Shown in pieces: positions 10,655-21,674 of a stretch of 64,000 nucleotides of DNA. How positions within the stretch are numbered: position 1 is the first letter of the stretch; each line of letters begins with the position of its first letter. The stretch covers positions 19,725-83,724 of the forward strand of contig JBGSZB010000016.1 in NCBI GenBank assembly GCA_041750555.1. Reading direction: 5' to 3'. A program made the translations under genes and the position numbers. Under the pieces are notes generated by a model. The model was given only the letters and a program-made list of their open reading frames with translations. It was not told where the DNA came from and did not search any database. This DNA comes from Candidatus Dojkabacteria bacterium (GTDB lineage Bacteria; Patescibacteriota; Dojkabacteria; J137).

Positions 10655-11980
10655 TTATGCCACACTTTTTAAATTTTCTCTAACATATTCCTTAGATTCT
10701 TCTACACCTGGTTGATTAAATACATTAACTTCAAGTAAGTTACCTAAAATCAAGGTTACTAATTCAAAAAAATAAAATAATTGGCCTAAATAGTATGCAT
10801 TAACCTCAACAATTTCTAATGTAATATTAGGTATTTCATTATTATCCATTGAAGTTTGTGTACCTCTATACTCTAAATTTAAAATACTGTTAAATGATTT
10901 ATTACTTAAGAAACTTAATTCATTAATATCATTATTATCTATAGCAATATCCAAAGTATTAGAGGCATTAGTAACATTAATAAATGTAATAACTTTATTC
11001 TTAATACCATCAATATATAATTGTAATTGAGAATGTTGATCAAGGGGACCTAGGTTAGATATTGGTGTAATACCCTGAGTTACATTGTTATTATCCACTT
11101 TACCAAGAGATTCAGAGATTAACTGTACATACCATTTAGAAAAGTATGTTAAATATTTAGAATAAGGCATTAAAACATTAATATTTTTATTTTTTAAATA
11201 TTCTGAATAAATAAAACTAACATACTTAGTTACTTCATCTAAATTATTATCTAAATCAATAGCTCCCTTAATTAAACTATTAACATCTAAGTTTAATAAT
11301 AGAGATGGTATTAAACCAACACTAGATAATACTGAAAATCTACCTCCTAATTCTTTAGGAATATCAATAGTTATTACATTATGTTTTAAAGAGATATCCC
11401 TTAAAATATTAGAGCTATTAGCATTTGTATTAATTTCTTTTTCTTCAACTTCATTTGTTATAAATACAAAATGTTCTTTAATATTTAAATTTAATTTCTT
11501 AACTTTAGTGTAAAAGAATAAAAAGCTACTTAATGTTTCTATAGTATTTCCCGATTTAGATAAAACTAGGAATAAGGTTTTTGATAAATCTAAAACATCT
11601 AATAATTCATTTAAATATTTAGGTTCTGTAGTGTCTCCTGCAAAATATACTTTTTTAAAGTTAGTTAAGTTTTTATCATTACTTAAGCTATTAACGTTAC
11701 TTGAACTTACATTATCCAATTCATTAAAGTTAGAGTGAGTTAGGGCATTAAATATTGCTCTAAAACCTAAATCACTACCTCCTACACCTAGAATTACTAA
11801 AGTATCTTTATTTTTTTTAACATTATCTAGTTTACTAAATTCTAATAGTACCTTATCTAATTGATATATCTCCTTAATAAACACAGGTGGATTATTTATT
11901 AACTCTTTCTTAACTTGCTTAATTTTGTTTAATAACTCTAAGTCAATCTTATCTACAATCTTGGAGGTTACTTTAATCAT
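10655..11980 (-). CDS. pgi: Glucose-6-phosphate isomerase
   Basis: GVGGSDLG, SKSGNTIET, GGRFSVLS, ESLGK, DQHSQLQ, FNQPGVEESK. Confidence 0.95.
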   Translation of the reverse strand: MIKVTSKIVDKIDLELLNKIKQVKKELINNPPVFIKEIYQLDKVLLEFSKLDNVKKNKDTLVILGVGGSDLGFRAIFNALTHSNFNELDNVSSSNVNSLSNDKNLTNFKKVYFAGDTTEPKYLNELLDVLDLSKTLFLVLSKSGNTIETLSSFLFFYTKVKKLNLNIKEHFVFITNEVEEKEINTNANSSNILRDISLKHNVITIDIPKELGGRFSVLSSVGLIPSLLLNLDVNSLIKGAIDLDNNLDEVTKYVSFIYSEYLKNKNINVLMPYSKYLTYFSKWYVQLISESLGKVDNNNVTQGITPISNLGPLDQHSQLQLYIDGIKNKVITFINVTNASNTLDIAIDNNDINELSFLSNKSFNSILNLEYRGTQTSMDNNEIPNITLEIVEVNAYYLGQLFYFFELVTLILGNLLEVNVFNQPGVEESKEYVRENLKSVA

Positions 11981-12073
11981 AAATGAATATTTAATAGATA
12001 TTAATATATTACTTTAAATAAAGTATCTTTAATATATAATAATACAGAGATTATTAATTGTTAAAAAATATAT

Positions 12074-13093
12074 ATGACATCAAGATTAGCTATAAATGGA
12101 TTTGGAAGAATAGGTAGATTGTTTTTAAGAAGTTTAATTGAAAAAAACTATTTAAATAATAGTGTTGAAGTTGTAGCTGTTAATGATTTAACAGATGCTT
12201 TTAATTTAGCTTATCTTTTAAAGTATGATAGTGTTCATGGTGTAATGAAATCTGATGTTAAGGCTCTTGATGAATCAACTTTAATGATAGATGGTAAAGA
12301 GATTAAGGTATTAAATTTAAAGGTTAAACCAACTGAGTTACCTTGGAGAGATTTAAATATTGATGTAGTAGTAGAATCCACCGGAGTTTTTGAGAAGAAG
12401 GAAGATGCTAGTGGACATATTAGGGCTGGAGCTAAGAAGGTAATAATTTCAGCTCCAAGTGATAGTGATGTTAATACATATTTAGTGGGTGTTAATTCTG
12501 ATAAATACTTAGGAGAAGATATTATCTCTAATGCAAGTTGTACTACTAACTGCATTGCTCCAATGGTTTATGCTTTAATTAGAGAGGGTATTGGATTAGA
12601 GGAAGGGTTAATGAATACTATGCATGCATATACTGCTACTCAATCTTTAACTGATTCTCCATCATCTAAAGACTTTAGAAGAGGAAGAAGTGCCGGTTTA
12701 AATATTGTTCCATCAAGTACAGGAGCTGCAAAAATGATTGGAGAGATATTACCTGAAGTTAAAGGTAAATTAACTGGTATGTCTTTTAGAGTTCCTGTTG
12801 CTTGTGGTTCTGTAATTGATTTAACTTTTAAACCAACAAGAGAAACCTCTCTTGAGGAGATTAATTCTTTAATGAAGAAAGCTTCTGAAACTTATCTTAA
12901 AGGAGTAATGGAGTATACAACTGATCCTATTGTATCTAGTGATATTATTCATAATTCTCATTCATGTGTTTATGATTCTACTAGTGGTATACAATTAAAT
13001 TCAAGATTTTTTAAAATTGTTGGTTGGTATGATAACGAATGGGGTTACTCTAATAGGTTAGTGGATTTGTTAGGGAGTGTACTAACTAAGTAG
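12074..13093 (+). CDS. gap: Glyceraldehyde-3-phosphate dehydrogenase type I
   Basis: INGFGRIGR, SNASCTTNC, WYDNEWGYS. Confidence 0.98.
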   Translation: MTSRLAINGFGRIGRLFLRSLIEKNYLNNSVEVVAVNDLTDAFNLAYLLKYDSVHGVMKSDVKALDESTLMIDGKEIKVLNLKVKPTELPWRDLNIDVVVESTGVFEKKEDASGHIRAGAKKVIISAPSDSDVNTYLVGVNSDKYLGEDIISNASCTTNCIAPMVYALIREGIGLEEGLMNTMHAYTATQSLTDSPSSKDFRRGRSAGLNIVPSSTGAAKMIGEILPEVKGKLTGMSFRVPVACGSVIDLTFKPTRETSLEEINSLMKKASETYLKGVMEYTTDPIVSSDIIHNSHSCVYDSTSGIQLNSRFFKIVGWYDNEWGYSNRLVDLLGSVLTK

Positions 13094-13250
13094 TAAATTT
13101 ATCTTTTACCATTTGCGTTTTTTACTATAGCTTTATACCTTTCTAAGAATTTTTCTGTTCTAGGAACTTTTCCTCCAGAATTTTTAATTCTATTTATTAA
13201 TACTTCAAGTCTTTGGAGTAGTTTAATATTTATTAAAATTTCTATAGAAC

Positions 13251-13790
13251 TTACATTAAAACAGAACCTTGACCACTAGGTGGATTGTTTCTGAATTTTC
13301 TAGATCTCATCTGCTCTACTGTTTCAAAATCAATATTTATACCTGTAAAATATATTGTATTTAATCTTTCTAATCTTACTAACCAGTGCATTAATATATT
13401 TCTATGACTAATACCTTCAACATCTACCATGTATGATGGCAATTCCACTTTTAATATAGGTAAGTTAGTATATACATGTTTAAGAAATATTGTTAAGTTA
13501 ATTAATGTTTCATACATTTCTCTACTAATATCTGGAACAGCAAGTGAACCTGAAACTGGGAATAACAGATTTAAAAAGCTATCAATTACATAAGTTTCTT
13601 CTAATGACATCTCTACAATTACACTGTCCTTAAAGCCTGAGATAACTAAGCTTTTATTTGGAAGTGTAATAAATGAATTAGCATATTTTTGGTAAAGAGT
13701 TTGAACTAAAGGCATGTATCTTTCAATCGAATTTATACATTCAAGCAATCTAATTCTATCTAAATCTTCAACAGAAGTAGTTCTTTCCAT
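13251..13790 (-). CDS. Orphan hypothetical protein, possibly frameshifted (open frame continues to 13099)
   Basis: 179-codon ORF; overlapping -1 frame open 13275-13099. Confidence 0.6.
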   Translation of the reverse strand: MERTTSVEDLDRIRLLECINSIERYMPLVQTLYQKYANSFITLPNKSLVISGFKDSVIVEMSLEETYVIDSFLNLLFPVSGSLAVPDISREMYETLINLTIFLKHVYTNLPILKVELPSYMVDVEGISHRNILMHWLVRLERLNTIYFTGINIDFETVEQMRSRKFRNNPPSGQGSVLM

Positions 13791-13896
13791 TTACAAAAAA
13801 TTAATAAGTTATATTAACACACTAAATTATTTTATAGGTTAGTTTAAAAATGGGATTGTGATATATAATCAAATATACATTTTATTATTAATATAT

Positions 13897-14157
13897 ATGT
13901 CTTCAATTTCAAAGGTAGAGGTGATTCCTACTAAACAATCAAAAGAAAGCGTAAGAGATTATGTGAAAACGCTAACTTTACCTCTTCTATTACTTCTAGC
14001 AACAATGCTAGGATTTGAAAGAACGGTAAATGAAAAGGTTTCAGAATTAACTGAAGAAGTTAAAAATAACTTAGCTGAAAGTATCGTAGCTAGAATTCAA
14101 CCACAAGACCTTCCAGGTATTCAAGAACAGTTGAGGGAATTTAACAACGAAGGCTAA
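13897..14157 (+). CDS. Small orphan protein with one hydrophobic segment, C-terminus ...NNEG
   Basis: ATG at 13897 after a TATAAT box; LTLPLLLLLATMLG segment. Confidence 0.65.
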   Translation: MSSISKVEVIPTKQSKESVRDYVKTLTLPLLLLLATMLGFERTVNEKVSELTEEVKNNLAESIVARIQPQDLPGIQEQLREFNNEG

Positions 14158-14193
14158 ACTATCATTCATAATTAATTCTGCTAAAATATCCTT

Positions 14194-15399
14194 ATGGAAT
14201 TAAATAACTATTCATATACAAATATTAACTTAACTAAAGAATTAAATATTGTAGTTAGATCATGTTTAAATGTAACACAAGATAGTGATGGTAACGTATT
14301 AGATAATTCTAGAATAATTGAATCTTCAAAACTAATTAAAGAGTTAGGGGGTAGGGTTAATAGGGTAGTAATACTAGCTCACTTAGGAAGACCGAGTGAA
14401 TATTCTAAAGAATTTAGTTTTGTAAATGTTGTTAAAGAGTTAGAGGGTGAAGTAAATAAAGGAGTTAATGATAAATTTAGTATTACTTTAGTTAATACTT
14501 TAGAAGAATTAGAAAACTTAGTTAATCAAAATGCTAGGGGAATATATTTACTAGAAAATATTAGGTTTAATAATGATGAAGAGAGTAGTGATTTAAATAT
14601 TAGAAGTGAATTTGGTAAAAGATTATCTAAGTTAGGTGATATATTCATTAATGATTCATTTGCAGACTATAGAGAGAGTGCATCTAACTATGATATTGCT
14701 AAAAATATGCAGTCATATTTAGGCCCTGTATTTATTAATGAAATAAATAATTTAAATAAATTAAAGAATCCAAGTACTCCATACATTGCAATATTAGGTG
14801 GTGCTAAATTAAGTGAGAAGATAGATATTTTAAATTCACTACTTGATACTTGTGATAAAGTTTTAATAGGTGGAGCAATGAGCTATACAATATTAAAAGC
14901 TAAGGGTATTAATGTAGGGAACTCTTTAATTGAAGAAGATAAAATAGATGTTGCAGTAGAGATATTAAATAAATATTCAGATAAGTTAGTATTACCCCTT
15001 GATCATTTAGTGAGTAATGAATTTAATGAAGAGAGTCCCTATCAATATATTAATGAAGTTAACATTAGTGAAAATAGAGTAGCAATAGATATTGGGTGGG
15101 AAACTATTAAGTTATTTAGGGATGAAATATTAAAAGCTAATACAATCCTTTGGAATGGTCCAATGGGTGTATTTGAATGGGAACACTCAAGTGTAGGAAC
15201 TGTAGAAATAGCTAAAGCTATAGTTAACAATGTAAATGCATACAAGGTAGTTGGTGGAGGAGATAGTATTACAGCTCTCAATAAATTTAATATATTAGGA
15301 TTTGATCATATATCAACAGGAGGAGGAGCTATGATTAAATATTTATCAGGTGATGAGTTTAAAACATTAGAGGTTATACTCAATCAGCATAACAAGTAA
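14194..15399 (+). CDS. pgk: Phosphoglycerate kinase
   Basis: AHLGRP, LLENIRF, GGAKLSEKI, WNGPMGVFE, HISTGGGA. Confidence 0.97.
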   Translation: MELNNYSYTNINLTKELNIVVRSCLNVTQDSDGNVLDNSRIIESSKLIKELGGRVNRVVILAHLGRPSEYSKEFSFVNVVKELEGEVNKGVNDKFSITLVNTLEELENLVNQNARGIYLLENIRFNNDEESSDLNIRSEFGKRLSKLGDIFINDSFADYRESASNYDIAKNMQSYLGPVFINEINNLNKLKNPSTPYIAILGGAKLSEKIDILNSLLDTCDKVLIGGAMSYTILKAKGINVGNSLIEEDKIDVAVEILNKYSDKLVLPLDHLVSNEFNEESPYQYINEVNISENRVAIDIGWETIKLFRDEILKANTILWNGPMGVFEWEHSSVGTVEIAKAIVNNVNAYKVVGGGDSITALNKFNILGFDHISTGGGAMIKYLSGDEFKTLEVILNQHNK

Positions 15400-15400
15400 A

Positions 15401-15943
15401 TTACCTCCTATCCCTTAACAACATACTTAAGAATAGATATCCAAAACTAAATAGTATTAGATAAAATATTAAATTACTAACTTGAGAATATATATTGTTA
15501 TTGTAGTAAAACGATACTAAGTTACATCTAATTTCACAAAAGAAAGAATCATAGTTATACATTCTTTGTAAAGATTTCATTACAATACTTAATATTACAT
15601 TAGAATAAAATAGAGGTAATATTAAACCTAAGAATGAATTTAATGTAATAATTACTGGTAAATGATTTAAGTTACTGTAATAACTTCTAGCAATAAATCT
15701 AAAGTAATTAATAATTACTAATAAATTTAAGAATATTAATATTAAACCAAATATACTAACAAATGCTTTAGTAAAATCTCCTCCAGTTTTAGTTAATCCA
15801 TTAAAAAAAAGTATAGATAACATAAAGAAGGATATAGATAAAAAGCTTCTAAACATTATAGAGTGATCTAACATTTTTGAATTAAATCTACGTGCTTTAT
15901 TTGGAAGTGATTTAATATTAGAAGTTAATTTATCAAGAAACAT
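15401..15943 (-). CDS. Hypothetical membrane protein (about 4 TM)
   Basis: Hydrophobic segments; no family recognised. Confidence 0.6.
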   Translation of the reverse strand: MFLDKLTSNIKSLPNKARRFNSKMLDHSIMFRSFLSISFFMLSILFFNGLTKTGGDFTKAFVSIFGLILIFLNLLVIINYFRFIARSYYSNLNHLPVIITLNSFLGLILPLFYSNVILSIVMKSLQRMYNYDSFFCEIRCNLVSFYYNNNIYSQVSNLIFYLILFSFGYLFLSMLLRDRR

Positions 15944-15979
15944 TTAAATTAGATAATAAATATATTAATTTATTATATA

Positions 15980-17065
15980 CTACACACCCATAAATATACC
16001 TAACTTTTTTGCAGTTTGATAAACATGAGAATTTATTGTTACCTTTTTAAGAATATTAATAGCTTCTGTAATTGGAACTTCAACAATCTCATTATCTTTT
16101 AAAGACACCATATACCCGAATCGTAAATCTAGTATTAAATCAATAGCCCTAATACCATATGATTTAGCTAATATTCTATCCATTGAATCAGGAGAACCAC
16201 CTCTTTGTAAATGTCCTAAGACTAAGTTTCTTAAATCAAATTGATTAGGAGCTCTTTTATTTATTTCATTAATTATTTCACTTGAGATACCACCTAATTT
16301 AATTTCACCTTTTTTAATATTTTTATCACTAATTACTTCACCATTAATTGCTTTAGCTCCCTCACTTACAACTATTATTGAATAATCTCTACCTATATGT
16401 TTTTTCCATTTTAAAAATCTTACTAATGCATTGTAATCAAAATCAAATTCAGGAAGTAGTATTACATCAGCACCACTAGCTAGCCCAGAATGTAGTGCTA
16501 TCCAACCAGAATATCTACCCATAGTTTCAATTACCATAACTCTTTCATGACTCTCCGCACTTGTTCTTACTTTATCAATTGCATCAACGACAATATTTAC
16601 AGCACTACTAAATCCAAAGCTTTGATCAGTATTTGTAACATCATTATCTATTGTTTTTGGAATACCAATAATATTTATACCTCTATCCATAAACTGTAAT
16701 GCACCACTTAATGTTCCATCTCCACCTATTAATATTATTCCATCTAAATTAAGTCTATGATAATTTTTAACAACCTTATCAATTAAGTCTTTATCTATCT
16801 TTCTTTTTTTACCTTCATCTCCTCTTTTAGAACCAAATAACCCTCTGTTAGAGGTTTTTAAAATTGTTCCACCAAGACTTCCTATACCTTTAACGCTACT
16901 TGAGTTTAATTCTATGTATTCATTATCATATACTCCTTCCCAACTTCTTAAAAATCCAAAGAACTTAATATGTCTCTTAACTCCATAAGTTACACATGCT
17001 TCTATTACAGCATTTGTACCTTGTGCATCTCCTCCTCCTGTTACTATTCCTATTCTTTTATACAT
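15980..17065 (-). CDS. pfkA: 6-phosphofructokinase (PfkA family)
   Basis: TGGGDAQG, GGDGTL, PKTIDND, ETMGR, LGHLQRGG. Confidence 0.95.
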   Translation of the reverse strand: MYKRIGIVTGGGDAQGTNAVIEACVTYGVKRHIKFFGFLRSWEGVYDNEYIELNSSSVKGIGSLGGTILKTSNRGLFGSKRGDEGKKRKIDKDLIDKVVKNYHRLNLDGIILIGGDGTLSGALQFMDRGINIIGIPKTIDNDVTNTDQSFGFSSAVNIVVDAIDKVRTSAESHERVMVIETMGRYSGWIALHSGLASGADVILLPEFDFDYNALVRFLKWKKHIGRDYSIIVVSEGAKAINGEVISDKNIKKGEIKLGGISSEIINEINKRAPNQFDLRNLVLGHLQRGGSPDSMDRILAKSYGIRAIDLILDLRFGYMVSLKDNEIVEVPITEAINILKKVTINSHVYQTAKKLGIFMGV

Positions 17066-17209
17066 AAATACCTAGATATTTAATTAATATATTTCTTACT
17101 TAGTTTACAATTATTAAAAAAGTTTTTGAAGTAATATGTTTTATATTTAATATATATTACTTTAAACTCAAGTTTATTGATAAAATATTAATAATTAATA
17201 TTAAAAGTT

Positions 17210-18268
17210 ATGGATAAATACACTGAATTCTTAAAAGAATTAGATTCAACTAGATATATATTAAATGAGCCATTATCTAAACACTCTACTGTTAGAATTG
17301 GAGGACCTGCTGATATTTGGTATGAAGCTCTAACTAATGATGACTTTATACAAACTATTAAACTAGCTAGAGAGTACAATGTCCCAGTAACTATACTTGG
17401 TAGAGGAGCTAATGTATTAATTGGAGATTTGGGTATTAGGGGATTAGTTATTAAAAACTCTAGTAAAAATATTAAGATATCAAGTGAAGAGAGTGTTAGT
17501 GAAACTAAAGAGTTAGAAGATGAAGTTCAAGCTAGATGGGATTCTGCTACAGAAGAGGAGGGTGCTAGATCAATGTATGAATTTAAAGATTTAGATTATT
17601 CAGAAGAAGAGTATCCAAGAGTTGATGTAACAATAGATAGTGGTGTAGATATGCCTTTTGCAATTAATTATTTAATTCAAAATGGTGTTACAGGATTACA
17701 ATGGTATTCTAGAATTCCAGGAAGTTTAGGTGGTTGGATTTACAATAATGTTCATGGTGGAACACACTTTATCCATGAAGTTATTAAAGATGTTACTGTT
17801 TTAACTCCTGATAACAAGATTGTTGTATTAGGTAAACAAGATTTAGGCTTAGATTATGATTTATCTAGGTTTCATACATCTAACGAGGTAATTATTAAAG
17901 CAACACTACTGTTATACAAAGGTGATACACAAAAAGCTAGATATGTAGCTATGGAGTGGGCTAAGAGAAAAAGTATCCAACCATCAATTTCTATTGGTTG
18001 TATATTTAAAAATATCTCTAATGAGTCTAAAGAGAAGTTTAATTATCCAACTACTAGTGTTGGATACATTGTAGAGCATGTACTTAATATGAAGGGTTTT
18101 CATATTGGAGATGCATATATTTCTCCTAATCATCATAACTTTATTGAGAATAAAGGTAATGCAACAGCTAAAGATTACCTAGCTGTTATTAATGAAATAG
18201 TTAATAGAACTAAAGAGAAACTAGGTATAGATTTAGAATTAGAGATATTTAAGTTAGGGGAGTTTTAA
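17210..18268 (+). CDS. murB: UDP-N-acetylenolpyruvoylglucosamine reductase
   Basis: RIGGPAD, LGRGANVL, IPGSLGG, GCIFKN, HHNFIEN, LELEI. Confidence 0.92.
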   Translation: MDKYTEFLKELDSTRYILNEPLSKHSTVRIGGPADIWYEALTNDDFIQTIKLAREYNVPVTILGRGANVLIGDLGIRGLVIKNSSKNIKISSEESVSETKELEDEVQARWDSATEEEGARSMYEFKDLDYSEEEYPRVDVTIDSGVDMPFAINYLIQNGVTGLQWYSRIPGSLGGWIYNNVHGGTHFIHEVIKDVTVLTPDNKIVVLGKQDLGLDYDLSRFHTSNEVIIKATLLLYKGDTQKARYVAMEWAKRKSIQPSISIGCIFKNISNESKEKFNYPTTSVGYIVEHVLNMKGFHIGDAYISPNHHNFIENKGNATAKDYLAVINEIVNRTKEKLGIDLELEIFKLGEF

Positions 18269-19596
18269 TCTTTAAAAAGACCTATTTTAAATATAACTGA
18301 ACCTTCTGAAGTACCTCGTTTGGATGACCAGAAGGTTTTATTATCATTAACTTTAAAGTATAGATTTAAGGAACTTATTATGGATTCAAGATCTTCTGCT
18401 ATCTTCGCATGAAGTTTGTAGATACTGGTTTCATCAGTAATACTTAAAGCTGTTTTTTGTTTAATAGTTATCTCAATTGATTCATTGGCAAATAGACTTT
18501 CAAGGTTTTGCTCTATTGCCCCAATAATCTCATCTTTATATAACATTCTACCATGATCTTCTTCATTAAAACTTCTCTTCCATAACTTAAAGTTATCTCT
18601 GAATTTATCTAAAGGTGTTTTTTTACTTTCAATGTATTCAGCTTTAATATCATCTAAATTTTTCTTTAATGAGGTACTTTCGCTTAACTCTTTAAGCGTT
18701 TGAACTAATCTCAAAAATGACTCTACTAGACTCTCTCTTTTACTCGTATCCTTTGTTAAGTCTGTATTTTGAAAGGTTGTAAATAGTTCGGCTAAATCTC
18801 TATATGAGTCTACAAATCCCCTTAAATCCGTTCCTAGCTTGTCTTCAGGGAGTGAATCAACTGACATTAAGGAATCCAAAACATCTGTAACTGATTTTGT
18901 ATCATAAGATTTCTGGTTACCTCCTATAATTTTTAATTCACCACCTAAAAATATAAGACGAGGTTCTATATCTTGGAATTCAACTTTAAAGTAGGCTTTA
19001 TTTTCAGAATCCAAACCATAACTTTTAAATATTAATCCAATAAACTTACTTAGAATTGTTGGATCAATAACAGTAGGCATCTCAATAGGAGGTTCCACAG
19101 GAGTATCCAATACATCTATGGGTTGATTATCTCCTCTAGGGTTCTCTGCAAGAAGCAAAGGTACTTCTTGATTCTGATGCAGAGGAGCTATAGCTTCATC
19201 AACAGTTTCAAGTGGTAAAAATAACTTATCAATACTATCAAAAGTTTTATGGACAAGATATTCTAGATTCCTCTCATATTCATTATATGCTTGATTATTT
19301 TTTAATTTATCTAAGTAATAAAGTATATTACTTAAATCAAAAAAGATTTCATTATACTCATCTTTTTTAATATCTGCCGACTTTCTCTTTAATTCAAAAA
19401 AACGAATAAGATCTTTAAGCAACGATTCTACATCATGATATTTTCTTTCATCTTTTATTAAGTAATATATCGGATATTCTGGAGAATCTTTAGGGAAATA
19501 ATGGCCAAGTAATTTTGGCTTCAATTTGCTATAAATTAATTTAGCCTCATCTTCTCCCATATTGTTATCAACTACTTTTTCAATAGATCCTTGCAT
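18265..19596 (-). CDS. Orphan hypothetical protein (helical, acidic, Pro-rich linker)
   Basis: 443-codon ORF; no family recognised. Confidence 0.7.
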   Translation of the reverse strand: MQGSIEKVVDNNMGEDEAKLIYSKLKPKLLGHYFPKDSPEYPIYYLIKDERKYHDVESLLKDLIRFFELKRKSADIKKDEYNEIFFDLSNILYYLDKLKNNQAYNEYERNLEYLVHKTFDSIDKLFLPLETVDEAIAPLHQNQEVPLLLAENPRGDNQPIDVLDTPVEPPIEMPTVIDPTILSKFIGLIFKSYGLDSENKAYFKVEFQDIEPRLIFLGGELKIIGGNQKSYDTKSVTDVLDSLMSVDSLPEDKLGTDLRGFVDSYRDLAELFTTFQNTDLTKDTSKRESLVESFLRLVQTLKELSESTSLKKNLDDIKAEYIESKKTPLDKFRDNFKLWKRSFNEEDHGRMLYKDEIIGAIEQNLESLFANESIEITIKQKTALSITDETSIYKLHAKIAEDLESIISSLNLYFKVNDNKTFWSSKRGTSEGSVIFKIGLFKD

Positions 19597-19605
19597 TTAA
19601 ATTTA

Positions 19606-20562
19606 TTAATAAATAACATTTAAACTCTTAACAATTAATTCTAATTCTTCATCACTTACTTTATAATCTACGTTAACAACTCCATTACCATTAACCATAC
19701 ACATGATCCCAATTATATCATTTTCATAACCTTTAATAGTAGTATAGTAACTTAATGGAATAACACTATCTTTGTTTAAAACAATAGCTTCAATAATATT
19801 AGAAATAACAGTTGATATACCATAATAAGTAGCATTCTTACCTTTAATAATATTGTATGCTTTATCTCTAACAATATTTGTAAATTCCTCTAACTTCTTA
19901 TCTAAATTATTTGTATAGTAACTACTTAATGGTTTAGCTTTAATTAAAACTTTAGTGAATATTGGAACACTACTATCCCCATGTTCCCCTAAAACAATAG
20001 CTTCTACATCATTAACACTAACTTTTAAATCTTGAGATATGGCTAATCTTAACCTTAGAGAATCTAAGTATGTACCACTACCAAATACTCTACCACGAGG
20101 TAACTTTAATGAATTAATAGCAATATGTGTTAAATAATCTACTGGATTAGTAACCATTAAAACAATAATATCCTTTTTTATTTTATTTAAATTACTACAT
20201 ATATCTAAAACTATTCCTTCATTTTTCTTTTTTAAATCTAACCTAGATTCACCATCCTTTTGATTACATCCTGCAGTAATAACTACAATGTCATTATTTT
20301 TAATATCACTGTAACTAGAGGTTTTAATTGTAGAATTAAATAGTATTGTAGAATCTTCTAAATCCATAACCTGTGAGGTTTCTAATTCCTGATTAATATC
20401 AAGTAACAATACTTCATTAATATATTCTTTTGAGAGTAGAGAATAAGCTGTTGTAGAACCAACTAACCCTGCTCCAATAATTACAACTCTACCTGATGGT
20501 TTAAAACTCTTAGAATTTAAAGAAGTATTATCCATCTTTAATATTTTAGTAAATAGTTTCAT
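19606..20562 (-). CDS. ldh: L-lactate dehydrogenase
   Basis: IGAGLVG, TAGCNQKDGESRLDL (Gln specificity residue), NPVD, LDSLR, GEHGDS. Confidence 0.9.
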   Translation of the reverse strand: MKLFTKILKMDNTSLNSKSFKPSGRVVIIGAGLVGSTTAYSLLSKEYINEVLLLDINQELETSQVMDLEDSTILFNSTIKTSSYSDIKNNDIVVITAGCNQKDGESRLDLKKKNEGIVLDICSNLNKIKKDIIVLMVTNPVDYLTHIAINSLKLPRGRVFGSGTYLDSLRLRLAISQDLKVSVNDVEAIVLGEHGDSSVPIFTKVLIKAKPLSSYYTNNLDKKLEEFTNIVRDKAYNIIKGKNATYYGISTVISNIIEAIVLNKDSVIPLSYYTTIKGYENDIIGIMCMVNGNGVVNVDYKVSDEELELIVKSLNVIY

Positions 20563-20563
20563 A

Positions 20564-21637
20564 TTAACTTCTATTAATACAATTTAAAACTTCAAACCAT
20601 TTAATAATTCTATCTCTCATGCTTTCTTCACCATGTCTTATCCAATGTCTTGGATCAAAGTATTCTTTATTTGAAGAATTCTTATCATCAATACTCCCTA
20701 TCATACTTTGTAAATATTGATTATTTTTTTCAATATATGTTTTAACACCCATCCAATAGCTCCATTGCAAATCTGTATCTAAATTAACTTTTGTAATTCC
20801 ATACTTTAATGTATCACTTACCTCATTAAATGGAGTACCTGATGTACCATGAAATACTAAATTAACTGGGTTATTAATGTTTTCAGAATTAGTTAAATTA
20901 TTACTAACTAAATCTTGTATATCTTTCAAAATCTCTGGTTTTAACTTTTGTACACCCTCACTAAATACACCATGTAAATTACCAAATATTGCAGCTATTA
21001 AAAAATTATCACTAACACCCTTTAATGCATTAAACATCTTTAATACATCTAAAGGATTAGAATAAACATTATCACCTAAGTTATTAATATTAATTTGATT
21101 ATTTAAGCTAACTAATTTATCTTCTTCTCCTGCCACTCCTATTTCAACTTCTAAGAATGCTCCAATATCTTTAATATCATTTAATATATTTAGACTTTCA
21201 TTAATATTATCTTCCAGAGTTTCAAGAGAGTAATCTAACATATGACTAGAGAATAGAGGATATCCATTTTCATTAAAAAATTCTTTAGAATATTTAATAA
21301 TACCTTTAAGCCAATCAATATGTTCTCTTTTACAATGGTCTGTATGAATAATTACATCTACATTGTATATATTTGCTAATTGATGAACTAACTTAGCCCC
21401 ACTTATAGCTCCTAAAATATTAGATTCTAAGTTATCTACTCCTAATCCTTTAAAAGCTTTAGATCCACCTACTGAGAATTGTACAAATATTGGTGAATTA
21501 ACTTTTCCTGCTGCTTCTAATGTTGCAATAATAGTGCTACTAGAACTAACATTAATAGCAGGAATAGCATAACCTTCATTTTTAGCTTTTAAAAGTGCTT
21601 GTTTTAATTTATCTCCATAAAGTATTTTAGATTGCAT
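20564..21637 (-). CDS. fbaA: Class II fructose-bisphosphate aldolase
   Basis: HTDHC, FSSHMLD, GNLHG, VFHGTSG, KVNLDTD, YFDPR. Confidence 0.93.
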   Translation of the reverse strand: MQSKILYGDKLKQALLKAKNEGYAIPAINVSSSSTIIATLEAAGKVNSPIFVQFSVGGSKAFKGLGVDNLESNILGAISGAKLVHQLANIYNVDVIIHTDHCKREHIDWLKGIIKYSKEFFNENGYPLFSSHMLDYSLETLEDNINESLNILNDIKDIGAFLEVEIGVAGEEDKLVSLNNQININNLGDNVYSNPLDVLKMFNALKGVSDNFLIAAIFGNLHGVFSEGVQKLKPEILKDIQDLVSNNLTNSENINNPVNLVFHGTSGTPFNEVSDTLKYGITKVNLDTDLQWSYWMGVKTYIEKNNQYLQSMIGSIDDKNSSNKEYFDPRHWIRHGEESMRDRIIKWFEVLNCINRS

Positions 21638-21674
21638 ATGTTTTTTTAATTTCTTATATATATTTTTTAATTCA

